DNA of 64,000 bases from Myxococcota bacterium. Lineage in GTDB: Bacteria > Myxococcota_A > UBA9160 > UBA6930. The stretch is taken from NCBI GenBank assembly GCA_965223415.1, contig OZ245002.1:1056001-1120000 (forward strand), read 5' to 3'. The notes under the pieces are model-generated. The model saw only the letters and a list, made by a program, of their open reading frames with translations. It had not been told where the DNA came from and did no database searches. Position 1 is the first letter of the stretch. Every line of letters begins with the position of its first letter. Both the position numbers and the translations under genes were made by a program. Below are positions 36,190 to 45,967 of this stretch, piece after piece.

Positions 36190-38634
36190 ATGGAGAGCGG
36201 CGGCTACCGGGTCCTGGACCTCTCGGACGATCGCGGCCAGCTGTGCGGCATGGTTCTGGCCGATCTGGGCGCGGAGGTGCTGTGCATCGAGCCGCCCGGC
36301 GGGAGCCCGGCACGGCGGGTCGGGCCGTTTGCCGACGACGAGCCGGGGCGGAATCGCTCGCTCTTCTGGTGGTCCTACGCCCGCGGCAAGCAGAGCCTGG
36401 TGCTCGACCGCGAGAGCGAGGAGGGACGGGCGGCGCTGCTCGAGCTGGCGGCGGCCGCGGACGTCCTGATCGAATCCGAGACGCCGGGCAGCCTCGCTGG
36501 CCAGGGGCTGGGTTACGAGGAGCTAGCGGCCGTGAATCCCCGGCTCGTCTACGTCTCGATCACGCCCTTCGGGCAGGACGGGCCCAAGGCGCACTGGCCG
36601 GCGACGGATCTGACGGTGATGGCGGCGGGCGGGCCGCTCTGGCTCACCGGCGACGACGACCGGGCGCCGGTGCGGGTTCGCGTGCCCCAGGCCTTCGCCC
36701 ACGCCAGCGCCGAGGCAGCGGTGGCGGCGCTCGTCGCGCTCCACGAGCGCGAGCACTCGGGGCTCGGGCAACACGTGGACGTGTCGGCCCAGCAGGCGGC
36801 GACCATCGCGACCCAGTCCGATGCGGTGGCGGAGCAGGTCGGTGAAGCGGGCGGCATCCGCTGCGCCGGCGGCCTCAAGACGGGGCCCCTGGTCGTGCGG
36901 CTGGTCTACCCGGCGGCGGACGGCCACGTCTCGATCACCCACGTGTTCGGCTCGTCGATCGGACCCGCCACGGCGCGGCTCATGGCCTGCGTCCACGCCG
37001 ACGGCTTCTGCGACGAGGCGACCCGGGACAAGGACTGGGTGGGCTACGCCGAGCTCCTGATGTCGGGCGCCGAGACCTTCGACGACTTCGAGCGCGCCAA
37101 GCAGCAGGTCGCCGCGTGGACGGCGTCGAAGACCAAGCAGGAGCTCTTCGAGCTGGCCCTCGATCGCAACCTGCTGATCGCACCGGTGAGCACGCCCCGG
37201 GACGTGGTGGAGAGCGAGCAGCTCGCCGCGCGCGACTACTTCACGACCACGGAACGTCCGGACGGCCAGGGCGAGACACGTCTGTGTGGGCCGTGGGCGA
37301 AGCTCTCGCGGACGCCCCTCGCGACCGGGCGGCGGGCGCCGCGGCTCGGCGAGCACGACGCCGAAGCCCTCGCCCGTTGGCGATCGGAAGCGAGGACGAG
37401 CGGCTCCAGGCCTTCGCGCTCCTCCTCCGGCGGCCTGCCCCTGGAAGGCGTGAAGATCCTCGACTTCATGTGGGCCATCGCCGGCCCGATGGCCACGCGC
37501 ATCCTCTCGGACTACGGCGCCACGGTGATCCGGGTCGAGTCGAGCTCGCGCCTCGACGCCTGCCGCACCATGCGCCCGTTCGCGGGCCCGCCCGGCGCCG
37601 AGACCTGCGCCCTCTTCCACACCTGCAACACGGGCAAGCGCATGCTCACCCTCGACGTCACGGCGCCGGAGGCGCGACCGATGATCCTCGATCTGGTGCG
37701 CTGGGCCGATGTGGTGTGCGAGTCCTTCGCGCCGGGCACGATGAAGAAGCTCGGCTTCGACTACGAGACGCTCTGCGAGGAGAAGCCCGAGCTGGTGATG
37801 CTCTCCACCTGCCTGATGGGCCAGACGGGCCCGGTCGCCCGCTATGCCGGCTACGGCAACCTCTCCGCCGCCATCAGCGGCTTCTTCGAGCTGACCGGCT
37901 GGCGGGATCGCGATCCGGCCGGCCCCTTCGGCGCCTACACGGACTACATCGCGCCCAAGCTCAACGCGTCCGCCATCCTCACGGCCCTCGAGCACCAGCG
38001 ACGCACCGGGGAGGGCCAGCACATCGACCTCTCTCAGGCCGAGGCCGCTCTCCACTGGCTGGCGCCGGCGATCGCCGCGTGCACGACGAACGGCAGCTCG
38101 TGGAGCCGGGACGGCAACCGCGACCACGGCGTCGCGCCCCACGGCTGCTACCCGGTGGCCGGCGAGGACCGCTGGATCGCGCTCGCCGCGCGCGATGACA
38201 CGGAGTGGCGGGCCCTCTGCGAGGCCCTCGGTGCGGACAGCCTGCGGGACGACGGGCGCTTCGCATCCCCGGCGTCACGCCTGACCCACGCCGAGGCGCT
38301 CGACCGGGCCCTCGAGGAGTGCACGGGCCATCGCGACGGCGCCGAGCTGGAAGCCGCCCTCACAGCCCGCGGCGTCCCCGCCCACCGGGTCCTCGACAGC
38401 CAGGGCCTCGCCGAGGATCCCCAGCTCCGCCATCGCGGCCACTTCGTGCCCATCGAGGGGCCGAACGGTCCGACCGTGGTGGAGGCCTCGCGCTCCCGGC
38501 TCTCCCGCACGCCGGCCCGCGTGCCCACGGCCTTCCCGAGCCTGGGGGCCGACAACTTCGAGATCCTGGGCGAGGTGCTGGGCTACGACGACGAGCGCAT
38601 CGCCGAGCTGGTGATCGCCGGCGTGCTGGAATAG
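36190..38634 (+). CDS. Tandem CaiB/BaiF family III CoA transferase
   Basis: Two repeats: RVLDL..LADLGAEV and LEGVKILDF..SDYGATVI. Confidence 0.9.
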   Translation: MESGGYRVLDLSDDRGQLCGMVLADLGAEVLCIEPPGGSPARRVGPFADDEPGRNRSLFWWSYARGKQSLVLDRESEEGRAALLELAAAADVLIESETPGSLAGQGLGYEELAAVNPRLVYVSITPFGQDGPKAHWPATDLTVMAAGGPLWLTGDDDRAPVRVRVPQAFAHASAEAAVAALVALHEREHSGLGQHVDVSAQQAATIATQSDAVAEQVGEAGGIRCAGGLKTGPLVVRLVYPAADGHVSITHVFGSSIGPATARLMACVHADGFCDEATRDKDWVGYAELLMSGAETFDDFERAKQQVAAWTASKTKQELFELALDRNLLIAPVSTPRDVVESEQLAARDYFTTTERPDGQGETRLCGPWAKLSRTPLATGRRAPRLGEHDAEALARWRSEARTSGSRPSRSSSGGLPLEGVKILDFMWAIAGPMATRILSDYGATVIRVESSSRLDACRTMRPFAGPPGAETCALFHTCNTGKRMLTLDVTAPEARPMILDLVRWADVVCESFAPGTMKKLGFDYETLCEEKPELVMLSTCLMGQTGPVARYAGYGNLSAAISGFFELTGWRDRDPAGPFGAYTDYIAPKLNASAILTALEHQRRTGEGQHIDLSQAEAALHWLAPAIAACTTNGSSWSRDGNRDHGVAPHGCYPVAGEDRWIALAARDDTEWRALCEALGADSLRDDGRFASPASRLTHAEALDRALEECTGHRDGAELEAALTARGVPAHRVLDSQGLAEDPQLRHRGHFVPIEGPNGPTVVEASRSRLSRTPARVPTAFPSLGADNFEILGEVLGYDDERIAELVIAGVLE

Positions 38635-38643
38635 GAGCAGAAG

Positions 38644-39066
38644 ATGAAGACGCTCGGAGGAAGTTGCCTGTGCGGCGACGTCCGGTTCGAGGTCCAGGGC
38701 CCGCTCCGCGGCATCGGCCAGTGCTGCTGCTCGCTCTGCCGCAAGGCCAGCGGTGTGAGCGGCTCGATGGTCTTCCTGGTCCCTGGCGAGCGCTTCCGCT
38801 GGCTCCAGGGCGAAGAGCACGTCAAGACGTGGAAGCTCCGCGCGACCTACTCCTCCGTGCGCTGCGAGCGCTGCGGCAGCCCCGCACCGGCCAGCTTCGA
38901 CGGCAAGCACTACTGGGTCCCGCCGGGCCTGATGGACGACGACCTCGAGACCCGCGTCTTGCTCCACCACCACGTGGCCTCGAAGGCGGACTGGGTCGAG
39001 CTACCCGATCACGTCCCCCACTTCGACGCCTACCCGCCGAACGACGTGGTGTTCGGCGACGAATGA
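38644..39066 (+). CDS. GFA family protein
   Basis: Motifs GSCLCG, CCCSLCRK and CERCGS. Confidence 0.88.
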   Translation: MKTLGGSCLCGDVRFEVQGPLRGIGQCCCSLCRKASGVSGSMVFLVPGERFRWLQGEEHVKTWKLRATYSSVRCERCGSPAPASFDGKHYWVPPGLMDDDLETRVLLHHHVASKADWVELPDHVPHFDAYPPNDVVFGDE

Positions 39067-39073
39067 GCGGGGC

Positions 39074-40339
39074 TCACCCGGCCTGAGGCAGGGGCTCCCA
39101 GAGATCGACGACGCGGCCCCCCCGCACGGCCGCGATCGGCCCGAACTGCAGCATCACGAACTCGCTCTGGGTCGGACGGAAGAACACCATGTCGTCGACG
39201 GCCAGCTCGACCTCCCGCGAGCCGTTCAGCATCTCCTGGTTGGTGCTGCGGCCGTAGATGGGATGGGGGGAGAGCCCGGGGGGCGAGATCGGCTCCGCCT
39301 TCCAGTAGCCCCCGTACACGAAGAAGGTACGCGCGCGGTTCGGATCCCAGAGCTGGTGGAGTGGGCCCACGTCGATGGCGGGAATCTCGACGCCGTCTCC
39401 GGTCTTCAGCACCGGCGTCCCGATGAATAGCGCCGGCACGTGCTCGGCCAGCGTGTCGATGTCGAAGTTCAGCGGCTTCACCAGACCGGAGCCCACCGCG
39501 AGCTCGTTGGCGAGCCCGTCGACGTCGTCCCACAGTCGGTAGGTCGGGCTGCCGGCCGCGTTCAACACCAGGGCGTCCTCTCCGCTTCCGCCACTGTGCG
39601 TGCGCCAGGCCTCCAGGAACCCGCGATAGCGGGCCTCGACCCGGGTGAACTCTCGAGAGCGGATGCCGAAGGCCGTCGGGAGCGCCGCATGAGCGTCGTA
39701 GCCCATCAGTCCGCCGAAGCCGAGGCGCGGGTCTTCGTCGATCGCGGTGAGCAGGTGCGCCAGATCGGCCGGTGTCTTCATCCCCCCGCGCCGAAGGCCC
39801 ACGTCGATCTCGACGTTGACCGTGAGCGACAGCCGACGGCCTTGGGCCAGCTCCCGGTACTGCCGCAAGCGCTCTGGGGTGTCGATCAGCCATTGGACCT
39901 GGCGCGCCGGATCGAACGCACCCGGCTGGCGGTGGGCGTAGAAGCGGTCCGCCGCGACCGCCGGCATCGGCTTGCCGAGCAGCAGGTCGGCGCGCGGGTG
40001 GGCCGCCGCCACGGCGTTCAAGAAGGGCTGGTGGAAGACCATGAGGCGCCGGGTCTCCGCCTTCGCCATCACGTAGTCGAGCAATCGGGCGGAAGGCAGG
40101 GACTTCGCAACGACGCGGAAGGCCCGCGGACGCATCGCCTGGCGGGTCGCCTCGATGTTGGCATCGAGCCGGTCGAGGTCCACGATCAGGGTGGGCCGGG
40201 CCAGCCCCTCCCGCATCACCGCGTCCTGGAGCTGGGAGAAGTAGGCGTCGTGCCCGCCCCGGCCGCGGCTCTCCGGGCGCAGCCACCAGGCGCCGGCGGC
40301 GACACCGGCCATCGCGAGGAGGAAGCCGCGTCGTTTCAT
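39074..40339 (-). CDS. PLP-dependent alanine racemase/DSD1-fold enzyme with Tat signal (SphD-like)
   Basis: MKRRGFL Tat motif plus RVVAKSLP and GLMGYDAH. Confidence 0.8.
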   Translation of the reverse strand: MKRRGFLLAMAGVAAGAWWLRPESRGRGGHDAYFSQLQDAVMREGLARPTLIVDLDRLDANIEATRQAMRPRAFRVVAKSLPSARLLDYVMAKAETRRLMVFHQPFLNAVAAAHPRADLLLGKPMPAVAADRFYAHRQPGAFDPARQVQWLIDTPERLRQYRELAQGRRLSLTVNVEIDVGLRRGGMKTPADLAHLLTAIDEDPRLGFGGLMGYDAHAALPTAFGIRSREFTRVEARYRGFLEAWRTHSGGSGEDALVLNAAGSPTYRLWDDVDGLANELAVGSGLVKPLNFDIDTLAEHVPALFIGTPVLKTGDGVEIPAIDVGPLHQLWDPNRARTFFVYGGYWKAEPISPPGLSPHPIYGRSTNQEMLNGSREVELAVDDMVFFRPTQSEFVMLQFGPIAAVRGGRVVDLWEPLPQAG

Positions 40340-40349
40340 CGATGCACCC

Positions 40350-41774
40350 CTATGCCGTTCCCTCGTTCACGCCGAACACCTCACGAAGATGCGGATTGAG
40401 CATGCGTCCCGTGGGGTCGAGGTGCTCGCGCACTTCCAGGAAGTCCTTCCAGCGGGGGTAGATCCCGCGCAGATCCTCCGCGACGAGGCCGTGGAGCTTG
40501 CCCCAGTGGGGCCGCCCCTCGTACCGGCGGCAGATCTCCTCCACGACGTCGAAGTAGGCCCGATGGTCCTCGTCGGCGAACTGGTGGAGCGAGATGCTGC
40601 AGCCGTCGCGCCCATGGAACATGCTGAGCCAGACATCGTCGCTCCGCACGTAGCGGACCTCGATCGGGAACACGACGGGGATCGCCCGACGTCGGATGGC
40701 CGCCAGGATCTCGCGCAGGCAGGCGGGCCCGGCGTCGGCGGGCACCGTGTACTCCATCTCCCGGAAGCGGGCGATGCGGGGATGGGTCAGCACCTCGTAG
40801 GAAGGCCCGCTGCGGACGGTCGGTGGCGCATCGGCGACTCCACGGACCACGCGCTCGTAGAGGAGGCTCCCGAGAAACGGGACGCGGCCCACCTGCCGAT
40901 AGGCCTCGCGCATGGCTTCGAGGGGATCGCGCTCGAACTCGGCCTCCGGCGTCGGATCCCGGCGCCCCTCGTCGGTGGCGATGCTGATGGCGAGCTCGGT
41001 GTGGGGAACGGCGTAGAACTCGAAGTGCCGGTGCCGGCGACACCGGGCTTCGACGTCGTCGAGGAGATCGCCGAGCGGCTCGAAGGCGGTCGTCTCGGTG
41101 AGCTCGAAGGGCGCCTGGTTGCCCAGCGTCATGCGGCTCACGACGCCGAGGGCCCCGAGCGAGCAACGGGCGGCGTGGAACACCTCCGGGTTCGACTCGG
41201 GCGTGCAATCGAGGACTTCGCCTGCCGGGGTGACGAGGGCGAGGCCTGCGACGTAGCTCGAGAGGGAGCCGAACGCGCGTCCCGTTCCATGGGTGGACGT
41301 CGCGACCGCTCCGCCCAGGGTCTGGTAGTCGATGTCCGGCAGGTTCGGCATCGCTTGACCGTGCGCTCTCAAGGCGGGGCCGAGCTGGTGGAGCCGCGTT
41401 CCCGCCCAGGCCTCCGCCTCGAGGCGTTCCGGATCCGTGCGAAGGACTCCACTCATCTGGTCGCACGCCACCAGCGTGCCGTCGCTGGGGACGAGCGCGC
41501 TGAACGAGTGGCCGGTCCCGACCGGGCGGATCACCCCCGCACCCTTCCGGAAGAGCTCGGCCAGCGCCGATTCGTCGGGCGGCGCGTGGCGTGCCGCCGG
41601 CCGGCACCCCTGGTTCCCTGCCCAGTTCCGCCACGGGAGTGGCTCGCCAGGATGGTAGGCGGGCAGCTGCTCGCTCGGGGGTCCGAGGCTGGTTTCGCGA
41701 CAACCGGGCACGAAGCCTGTGGCCGCCGCGACGAGCGCCGCTCGAAGGACCTCGCGGCGCGTGGCGCTCCTCAC
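40350..41774 (-). CDS. FAD-linked D-arabinono-1,4-lactone oxidase family protein with Tat signal (SphC-like)
   Basis: TRREVL, WRNWAG, GTGHSFS, THGTG and GRPHWGK motifs. Confidence 0.85.
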   Translation of the reverse strand: MRSATRREVLRAALVAAATGFVPGCRETSLGPPSEQLPAYHPGEPLPWRNWAGNQGCRPAARHAPPDESALAELFRKGAGVIRPVGTGHSFSALVPSDGTLVACDQMSGVLRTDPERLEAEAWAGTRLHQLGPALRAHGQAMPNLPDIDYQTLGGAVATSTHGTGRAFGSLSSYVAGLALVTPAGEVLDCTPESNPEVFHAARCSLGALGVVSRMTLGNQAPFELTETTAFEPLGDLLDDVEARCRRHRHFEFYAVPHTELAISIATDEGRRDPTPEAEFERDPLEAMREAYRQVGRVPFLGSLLYERVVRGVADAPPTVRSGPSYEVLTHPRIARFREMEYTVPADAGPACLREILAAIRRRAIPVVFPIEVRYVRSDDVWLSMFHGRDGCSISLHQFADEDHRAYFDVVEEICRRYEGRPHWGKLHGLVAEDLRGIYPRWKDFLEVREHLDPTGRMLNPHLREVFGVNEGTA

Positions 41775-42124
41775 GGCGCGTCGTCCAGCGGGAGACCGGC
41801 GATGAATGCGACGAGGCGACGCAGCTCGGCCTCCGAACAGAAGCTGCACGTGCCGAGGGGCGGCATGTTCCCCCAGCCCTCGACGGTGTGGGTCAGGAGC
41901 AAGGCCGGCCCCTTCGAGCGGCGGCGCTGCCACTCGGCTTCGTCACCGATCACCGGGACGCCGATCCCCGCGTGCGCGTGGCACGTCGCGCAGATCTCCT
42001 GGAACACCCGGGTTTCTCGAGGGGTGAGCCCGCCTGCGGACGGCGCGATCGCCGAGCCCGAGAGGGCGATCCCCATCACGCCCAGACCGAGGATCCCGGG
42101 CCTCAGCCACGAGGTCGGAAACAT
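41771..42124 (-). CDS. Cytochrome c5-like protein (SphB-like)
   Basis: CATCH heme motif and MPPLGTCSFC. Confidence 0.85.
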   Translation of the reverse strand: MFPTSWLRPGILGLGVMGIALSGSAIAPSAGGLTPRETRVFQEICATCHAHAGIGVPVIGDEAEWQRRRSKGPALLLTHTVEGWGNMPPLGTCSFCSEAELRRLVAFIAGLPLDDAP

Positions 42125-42136
42125 GTGGGAGGGAGT

Positions 42137-42706
42137 CTAGCGCGCTCCGAGGTCCCGACCGTGCGAAGCGATCAGACGCTCGAGCCGCGCGAGGCGCAGG
42201 CCCTCGGGCGCGTCGATGCGACCGAGCCAGGTCCGCACGTAGTCGAGGTCGAGGGGCCGATCGCAGGCGACCAGGATGCCGGCCACGTCCTGCCAGTCCT
42301 TCTCCCGGTCGAAGGTCACCTTGTAGACGATCAGGTCCTCGGCGCTCAGGATGTGGATCGGCTCTCCGTAGAAGTCGACCCTGCGGCGGCGCTCCATAGA
42401 GCTCATGTGCAGCGCGTCGTAGGCGAAGAAGAGATCGATCGGCGTCTCGTCCCAGAGCACACGCACCTGCTCGTCGCGGGCGACGAGGCGCCGCAGCCCC
42501 GGGTTGCTCGCATCGGCCCCGAGCGACCCGAGCGCGGCGAAGACGCGCTCGGCCTCGTCGACACCGAGGAACACGTTCACGTCGATGTCGTGGGTCGCCC
42601 GGATGGTGCCGTAGTAGCCGAGGGCCTGTGCGCCGCCGAAGGCGTGCGGGATTCCCCGGGCGGGAAAGGAGTGCTCGATGGCGAGGATCTGCTCGTCGAG
42701 GAGCAC
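42137..42706 (-). CDS. Pol-beta-superfamily nucleotidyltransferase (DUF6036/AbiEii-like)
   Basis: FGGAQALGYYG..RATHDIDV and EDLIVYK..REKDWQDV. Confidence 0.75.
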   Translation of the reverse strand: MLLDEQILAIEHSFPARGIPHAFGGAQALGYYGTIRATHDIDVNVFLGVDEAERVFAALGSLGADASNPGLRRLVARDEQVRVLWDETPIDLFFAYDALHMSSMERRRRVDFYGEPIHILSAEDLIVYKVTFDREKDWQDVAGILVACDRPLDLDYVRTWLGRIDAPEGLRLARLERLIASHGRDLGAR

Positions 42707-42708
42707 GC

Positions 42709-43218
42709 CTAACCTCGCCCGAACGCCGGCTCCCCGGAGCTGAAGCGCGGGAAGCGCTCTTCGGGCGGGTCTCGTCGTGAGCCGTGGGAGCGGGCGACCC
42801 GGCTGGCCGTGCGCAGCAGGCCGCGCAGGGCCTTCCCCCGTGCGGCCTCGGAGCGGCCGATCCACTCGGCCGCCTCGACCAGATGCTCGGGCAGCTCCCG
42901 AGCGGGGAGCGCCGCGAGCGCGTCTCGCAGCAGGCCCACGAGCCCAGGCTCGAGGGCGACCCCGCGGCGCAGCTCGGCCAGGAGCCTCCGCGCGGCCTCG
43001 TGCCGGCGCTCGGGGGTCACGGGAATGCCGCGCTCCCGCGCCGCGCTGCGCAGCTGCTCGCGATCGAAGGGCTGGCGGGCCGCGGCGGCGGCTTCGTCCA
43101 GGACCTCCGGCGTCAGGACACCCCGGAAGCGGGCCAGGGTGAACTGTCGCGGCCCCCGGGGGGTCGATCGGCACTCCCGGATCTCGTAGAGATCTCGCTG
43201 GCGGCGGATGGATGCCAT
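42709..43218 (-). CDS. Hypothetical protein upstream of the nucleotidyltransferase (candidate antitoxin)
   Basis: Arg-rich ORF of about 170 aa ending 2 bp before the NTase start. Confidence 0.55.
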   Translation of the reverse strand: MASIRRQRDLYEIRECRSTPRGPRQFTLARFRGVLTPEVLDEAAAAARQPFDREQLRSAARERGIPVTPERRHEAARRLLAELRRGVALEPGLVGLLRDALAALPARELPEHLVEAAEWIGRSEAARGKALRGLLRTASRVARSHGSRRDPPEERFPRFSSGEPAFGRG

Positions 43219-43285
43219 GGCAGTCCTCGTGAGCACCCATTCTAGTACTCACGAGGACTGCGTCAAGGCTCCGGCCGGCGAGCGC

Positions 43286-44050
43286 TCAGGCCTTCTTCGG
43301 GCCCCCGTTCTGCCCCGGCCAGCGCGAGCCGCTGATCGTGTCCACGTGGGGCCAGAAGGCGTCCGGGTCGAGGGCCCCTTCCAGGGTGATGTCCCGGGCC
43401 GTGGGCATGGCCGTCTGGAGCTTGGCGGTGAGGGCGCCGCGCTGGGGGAGCAGCGTCGCGATCGGATCCCACGGGCTCTCCCGCAGCGCCAGCTCGCCCT
43501 CCACCTTCTCCTGGAAGAAGGTCTGGTAGGTGGTCGCCACCTTCACCACGTGGGGCGGGAAGTCGTAGGACTTCTCGGCGCCGCCGACGGCGCGGGAGAC
43601 CTTCACCCACCACTCGTTCTCGAGGTAGGGATCCGGGTTCTCGAGGACGCCGGTCGTCTTTCCCTCGAACTCGAGGAAGGTGTAGCGCTGGTGGGTGCCG
43701 CGGGCGTGGACCCGCTCGCCGAGCCGGAAGTACTCGATCTCCGCCGGGTACTTCGGCTGGCCGTTCATGTCGCGGCTGATGAACACCGCGGACTCCTGGT
43801 CGATGGCGTAGCCCAGGGTGTAGATGCCCTTCTGCCCGCGGTAGTCCGCGTCCACGCTGATCACGATGCCGTACTCCGGCTCGTCGGGAACCGGGAAGTT
43901 GTAGATCGAGAGGTGGGCGTTGGCGCTGTCGCTCGGGTCGATGCCCGGCGGCAGCAGGGCCGCGATCTGGTCGGCGTCAGTGGGGTAGTCGATCTTGAGG
44001 AACGGCCAGCCCAGGATGTCGCCGGGGTTCGTCTTCGGGCCATCGGTCAT
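43286..44050 (-). CDS. Acetoacetate decarboxylase family protein
   Basis: ALLPPG motif and Schiff-base lysine region SRDMNGQPKY. Confidence 0.78.
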   Translation of the reverse strand: MTDGPKTNPGDILGWPFLKIDYPTDADQIAALLPPGIDPSDSANAHLSIYNFPVPDEPEYGIVISVDADYRGQKGIYTLGYAIDQESAVFISRDMNGQPKYPAEIEYFRLGERVHARGTHQRYTFLEFEGKTTGVLENPDPYLENEWWVKVSRAVGGAEKSYDFPPHVVKVATTYQTFFQEKVEGELALRESPWDPIATLLPQRGALTAKLQTAMPTARDITLEGALDPDAFWPHVDTISGSRWPGQNGGPKKA

Positions 44051-45300
44051 CGTCGGTTCTCCTTGGGCGTCTCGCCCTTGAACAGGCTGCGCTCGGGACC
44101 GATCCGTTCGGCGAGCGGCAGGAGCTTCTCCAGGTCGAAGCCGTAGAAACGGGCGGCGTTGCCGCCAATCATGGCCTCGATGTCGTCTTCCGGCAGACCA
44201 TGGAAGGTCTCCACCATCATCTTGCGGGTCTCGGGCCAGGTGCCCTCGGGATGCGGGTAGTCGGTGCCCCACATGATGTTGCCGACCCCGATGTCGTGGC
44301 GCATCTCGGCCTCACGCCGCGGCATGCAGGAGCTGCCGATGCGGATGTTGCGGCCGAAGTACTCGCTGGGCTTCCTCCCGAGATGGCTCTTGTAGCCGGT
44401 TCCCAGCTTCGCGGTGAAGTGGTGATCGCCGTAGCGGTGATCCATGAGCTTCATCAGCTCCGGCGCCCAGATGGAGGTGCCCTCGGTCACCACCGCCTTG
44501 AGCTGCCCGAAGCGCTCGAAGACGCCACCCCAGATCATGAACACGAGCGGACGCGCGAGCCACCAGGCGACCTCGGTCACGTAGATGCCGAGCCCCCCGG
44601 GCAGCTCCACCGGCTCCTCGCCGTCGGGCTGGGCGCCGAAGAGCGCCATGCCGAAGTACTCGTGCATCGGTGCCGCGCCCGAGTGGAAGTGGATCACCAT
44701 GCCCTCGTCCTGACAGACCGCCCAGATGGGGTCGTACTTCGGATGGTGGTAGGGATCCTGGTTCATCCACATGTGCGGCAGCATGATGCCACGCAGCCCG
44801 CCGGCCCGGGCGGAGCGGATCTCGTCCACCGCCTTGTCCACGCCCCAGAAGGGCGGGATCAGCGCCAGGCCGTAGCGCCGCTCGGGGCACTGGGAGACGA
44901 ACTCCTGGAGCCAGCGGTTGTGGGCGCGGGCGCCGGCCCACTGGAGATCCGGGTCGACGCCCATGGCGGCCAGCGAGAGGTCGCCGCCGAAGGGCGGCGA
45001 GTTGCGCTCGGTGAGCCCGTCGACGAAGAGGATCTCGGCGGCGACGCCGTCCGCGTCGAGGATCTCGTTGCGGCGGTCCGAGTCCCAGGCGCCGGCCAGG
45101 CCGTGCTCCTTCCCCTCTGCCCACTTGGCGCTCTCCTGCGCCATCTCCAGGCGCTCGCCGGCCTGCTCGAGCATGGCCATACGCGCCGCGTGCTGGCGAT
45201 CGAACTCCTCCCGGTACGGGGGGTCGAGGTAGTCGCGGTAGCGCTCGGGCTGGAGCCCGGCGTGGCCGTCCGAAGAGATGACGAGATAGCGATCCATCAC
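44047..45300 (-). CDS. Amidohydrolase_2 family protein
   Basis: Motifs ISSDGH, HFH and MWGTDYPHPE. Confidence 0.88.
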   Translation of the reverse strand: MMDRYLVISSDGHAGLQPERYRDYLDPPYREEFDRQHAARMAMLEQAGERLEMAQESAKWAEGKEHGLAGAWDSDRRNEILDADGVAAEILFVDGLTERNSPPFGGDLSLAAMGVDPDLQWAGARAHNRWLQEFVSQCPERRYGLALIPPFWGVDKAVDEIRSARAGGLRGIMLPHMWMNQDPYHHPKYDPIWAVCQDEGMVIHFHSGAAPMHEYFGMALFGAQPDGEEPVELPGGLGIYVTEVAWWLARPLVFMIWGGVFERFGQLKAVVTEGTSIWAPELMKLMDHRYGDHHFTAKLGTGYKSHLGRKPSEYFGRNIRIGSSCMPRREAEMRHDIGVGNIMWGTDYPHPEGTWPETRKMMVETFHGLPEDDIEAMIGGNAARFYGFDLEKLLPLAERIGPERSLFKGETPKENRR

Positions 45301-45319
45301 GGAGTCCTCCGAGCCGATC

Positions 45320-45369
45320 TTGTACCTCAGTCAAAGGTTGATTGCAATCTCTTAATGATTCGGGTACAA
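45320..45369. promoter_or_regulatory. 50-bp imperfect palindrome in the divergent promoter (candidate TetR operator)
   Basis: TTGTACC...GATTGCAATC...GGTACAA, all centred on 45344/45345. Confidence 0.5.
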
Positions 45370-45376
45370 AAAATCC

Positions 45377-45967
45377 ATGCCGACGCGCCGCGATCGCCGC
45401 AGGCTCGAGATCCAGGCCCGCATCCTCGAGGCCGCCGAGGCCCTCTTCGAGGCCCAGGGCTACGAGGAGACCAAGGTCGCCGAGATCTGCGAGCGGGCCG
45501 ATGTGGCCTACGGGACCTTCTTCAACCACTTCCCGGAGAAGAAGGACGTGCTCCGGGTGCTGGCGGAGCGCTCGGTCGCGGAGGTGGCCCTTGGGCTGGA
45601 GGGGTTGGCCAAGCAGGCCGGCTCGATCGAGGACCTGCTGATCGATCTCTTCGAGGGCGCCGCCCTTGCCTACCGGGAGCTCGGACCTCGGCGCCGCGAC
45701 CTGGTGGGGCGCATCCAGACCATCGCCTACGCGGAGGCCGGCGCCGAGAGCGACCGGCGCTACCACGCCGCCTTCGAGCGGTTCCTCGAGGAGGGTCTCG
45801 CCCAAGGCAAGGTGCGGGACGACGTGCCCGTCGCCACCCTGGCGGACGTGCTGGCCAGCACCTTCGCCTCACTCTCGCTCTCGGTGATCCACTTCGACGA
45901 CTTCCCGATCCACGAGCGCTCGGCGGCGGCGGCACGCTTTCTCGCGGGCACGCTCGCGCCCCGGTGA
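45377..45967 (+). CDS. TetR/AcrR family regulator
   Basis: EICERADVAYGTFFNHFPEK. Confidence 0.92.
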   Translation: MPTRRDRRRLEIQARILEAAEALFEAQGYEETKVAEICERADVAYGTFFNHFPEKKDVLRVLAERSVAEVALGLEGLAKQAGSIEDLLIDLFEGAALAYRELGPRRRDLVGRIQTIAYAEAGAESDRRYHAAFERFLEEGLAQGKVRDDVPVATLADVLASTFASLSLSVIHFDDFPIHERSAAAARFLAGTLAPR

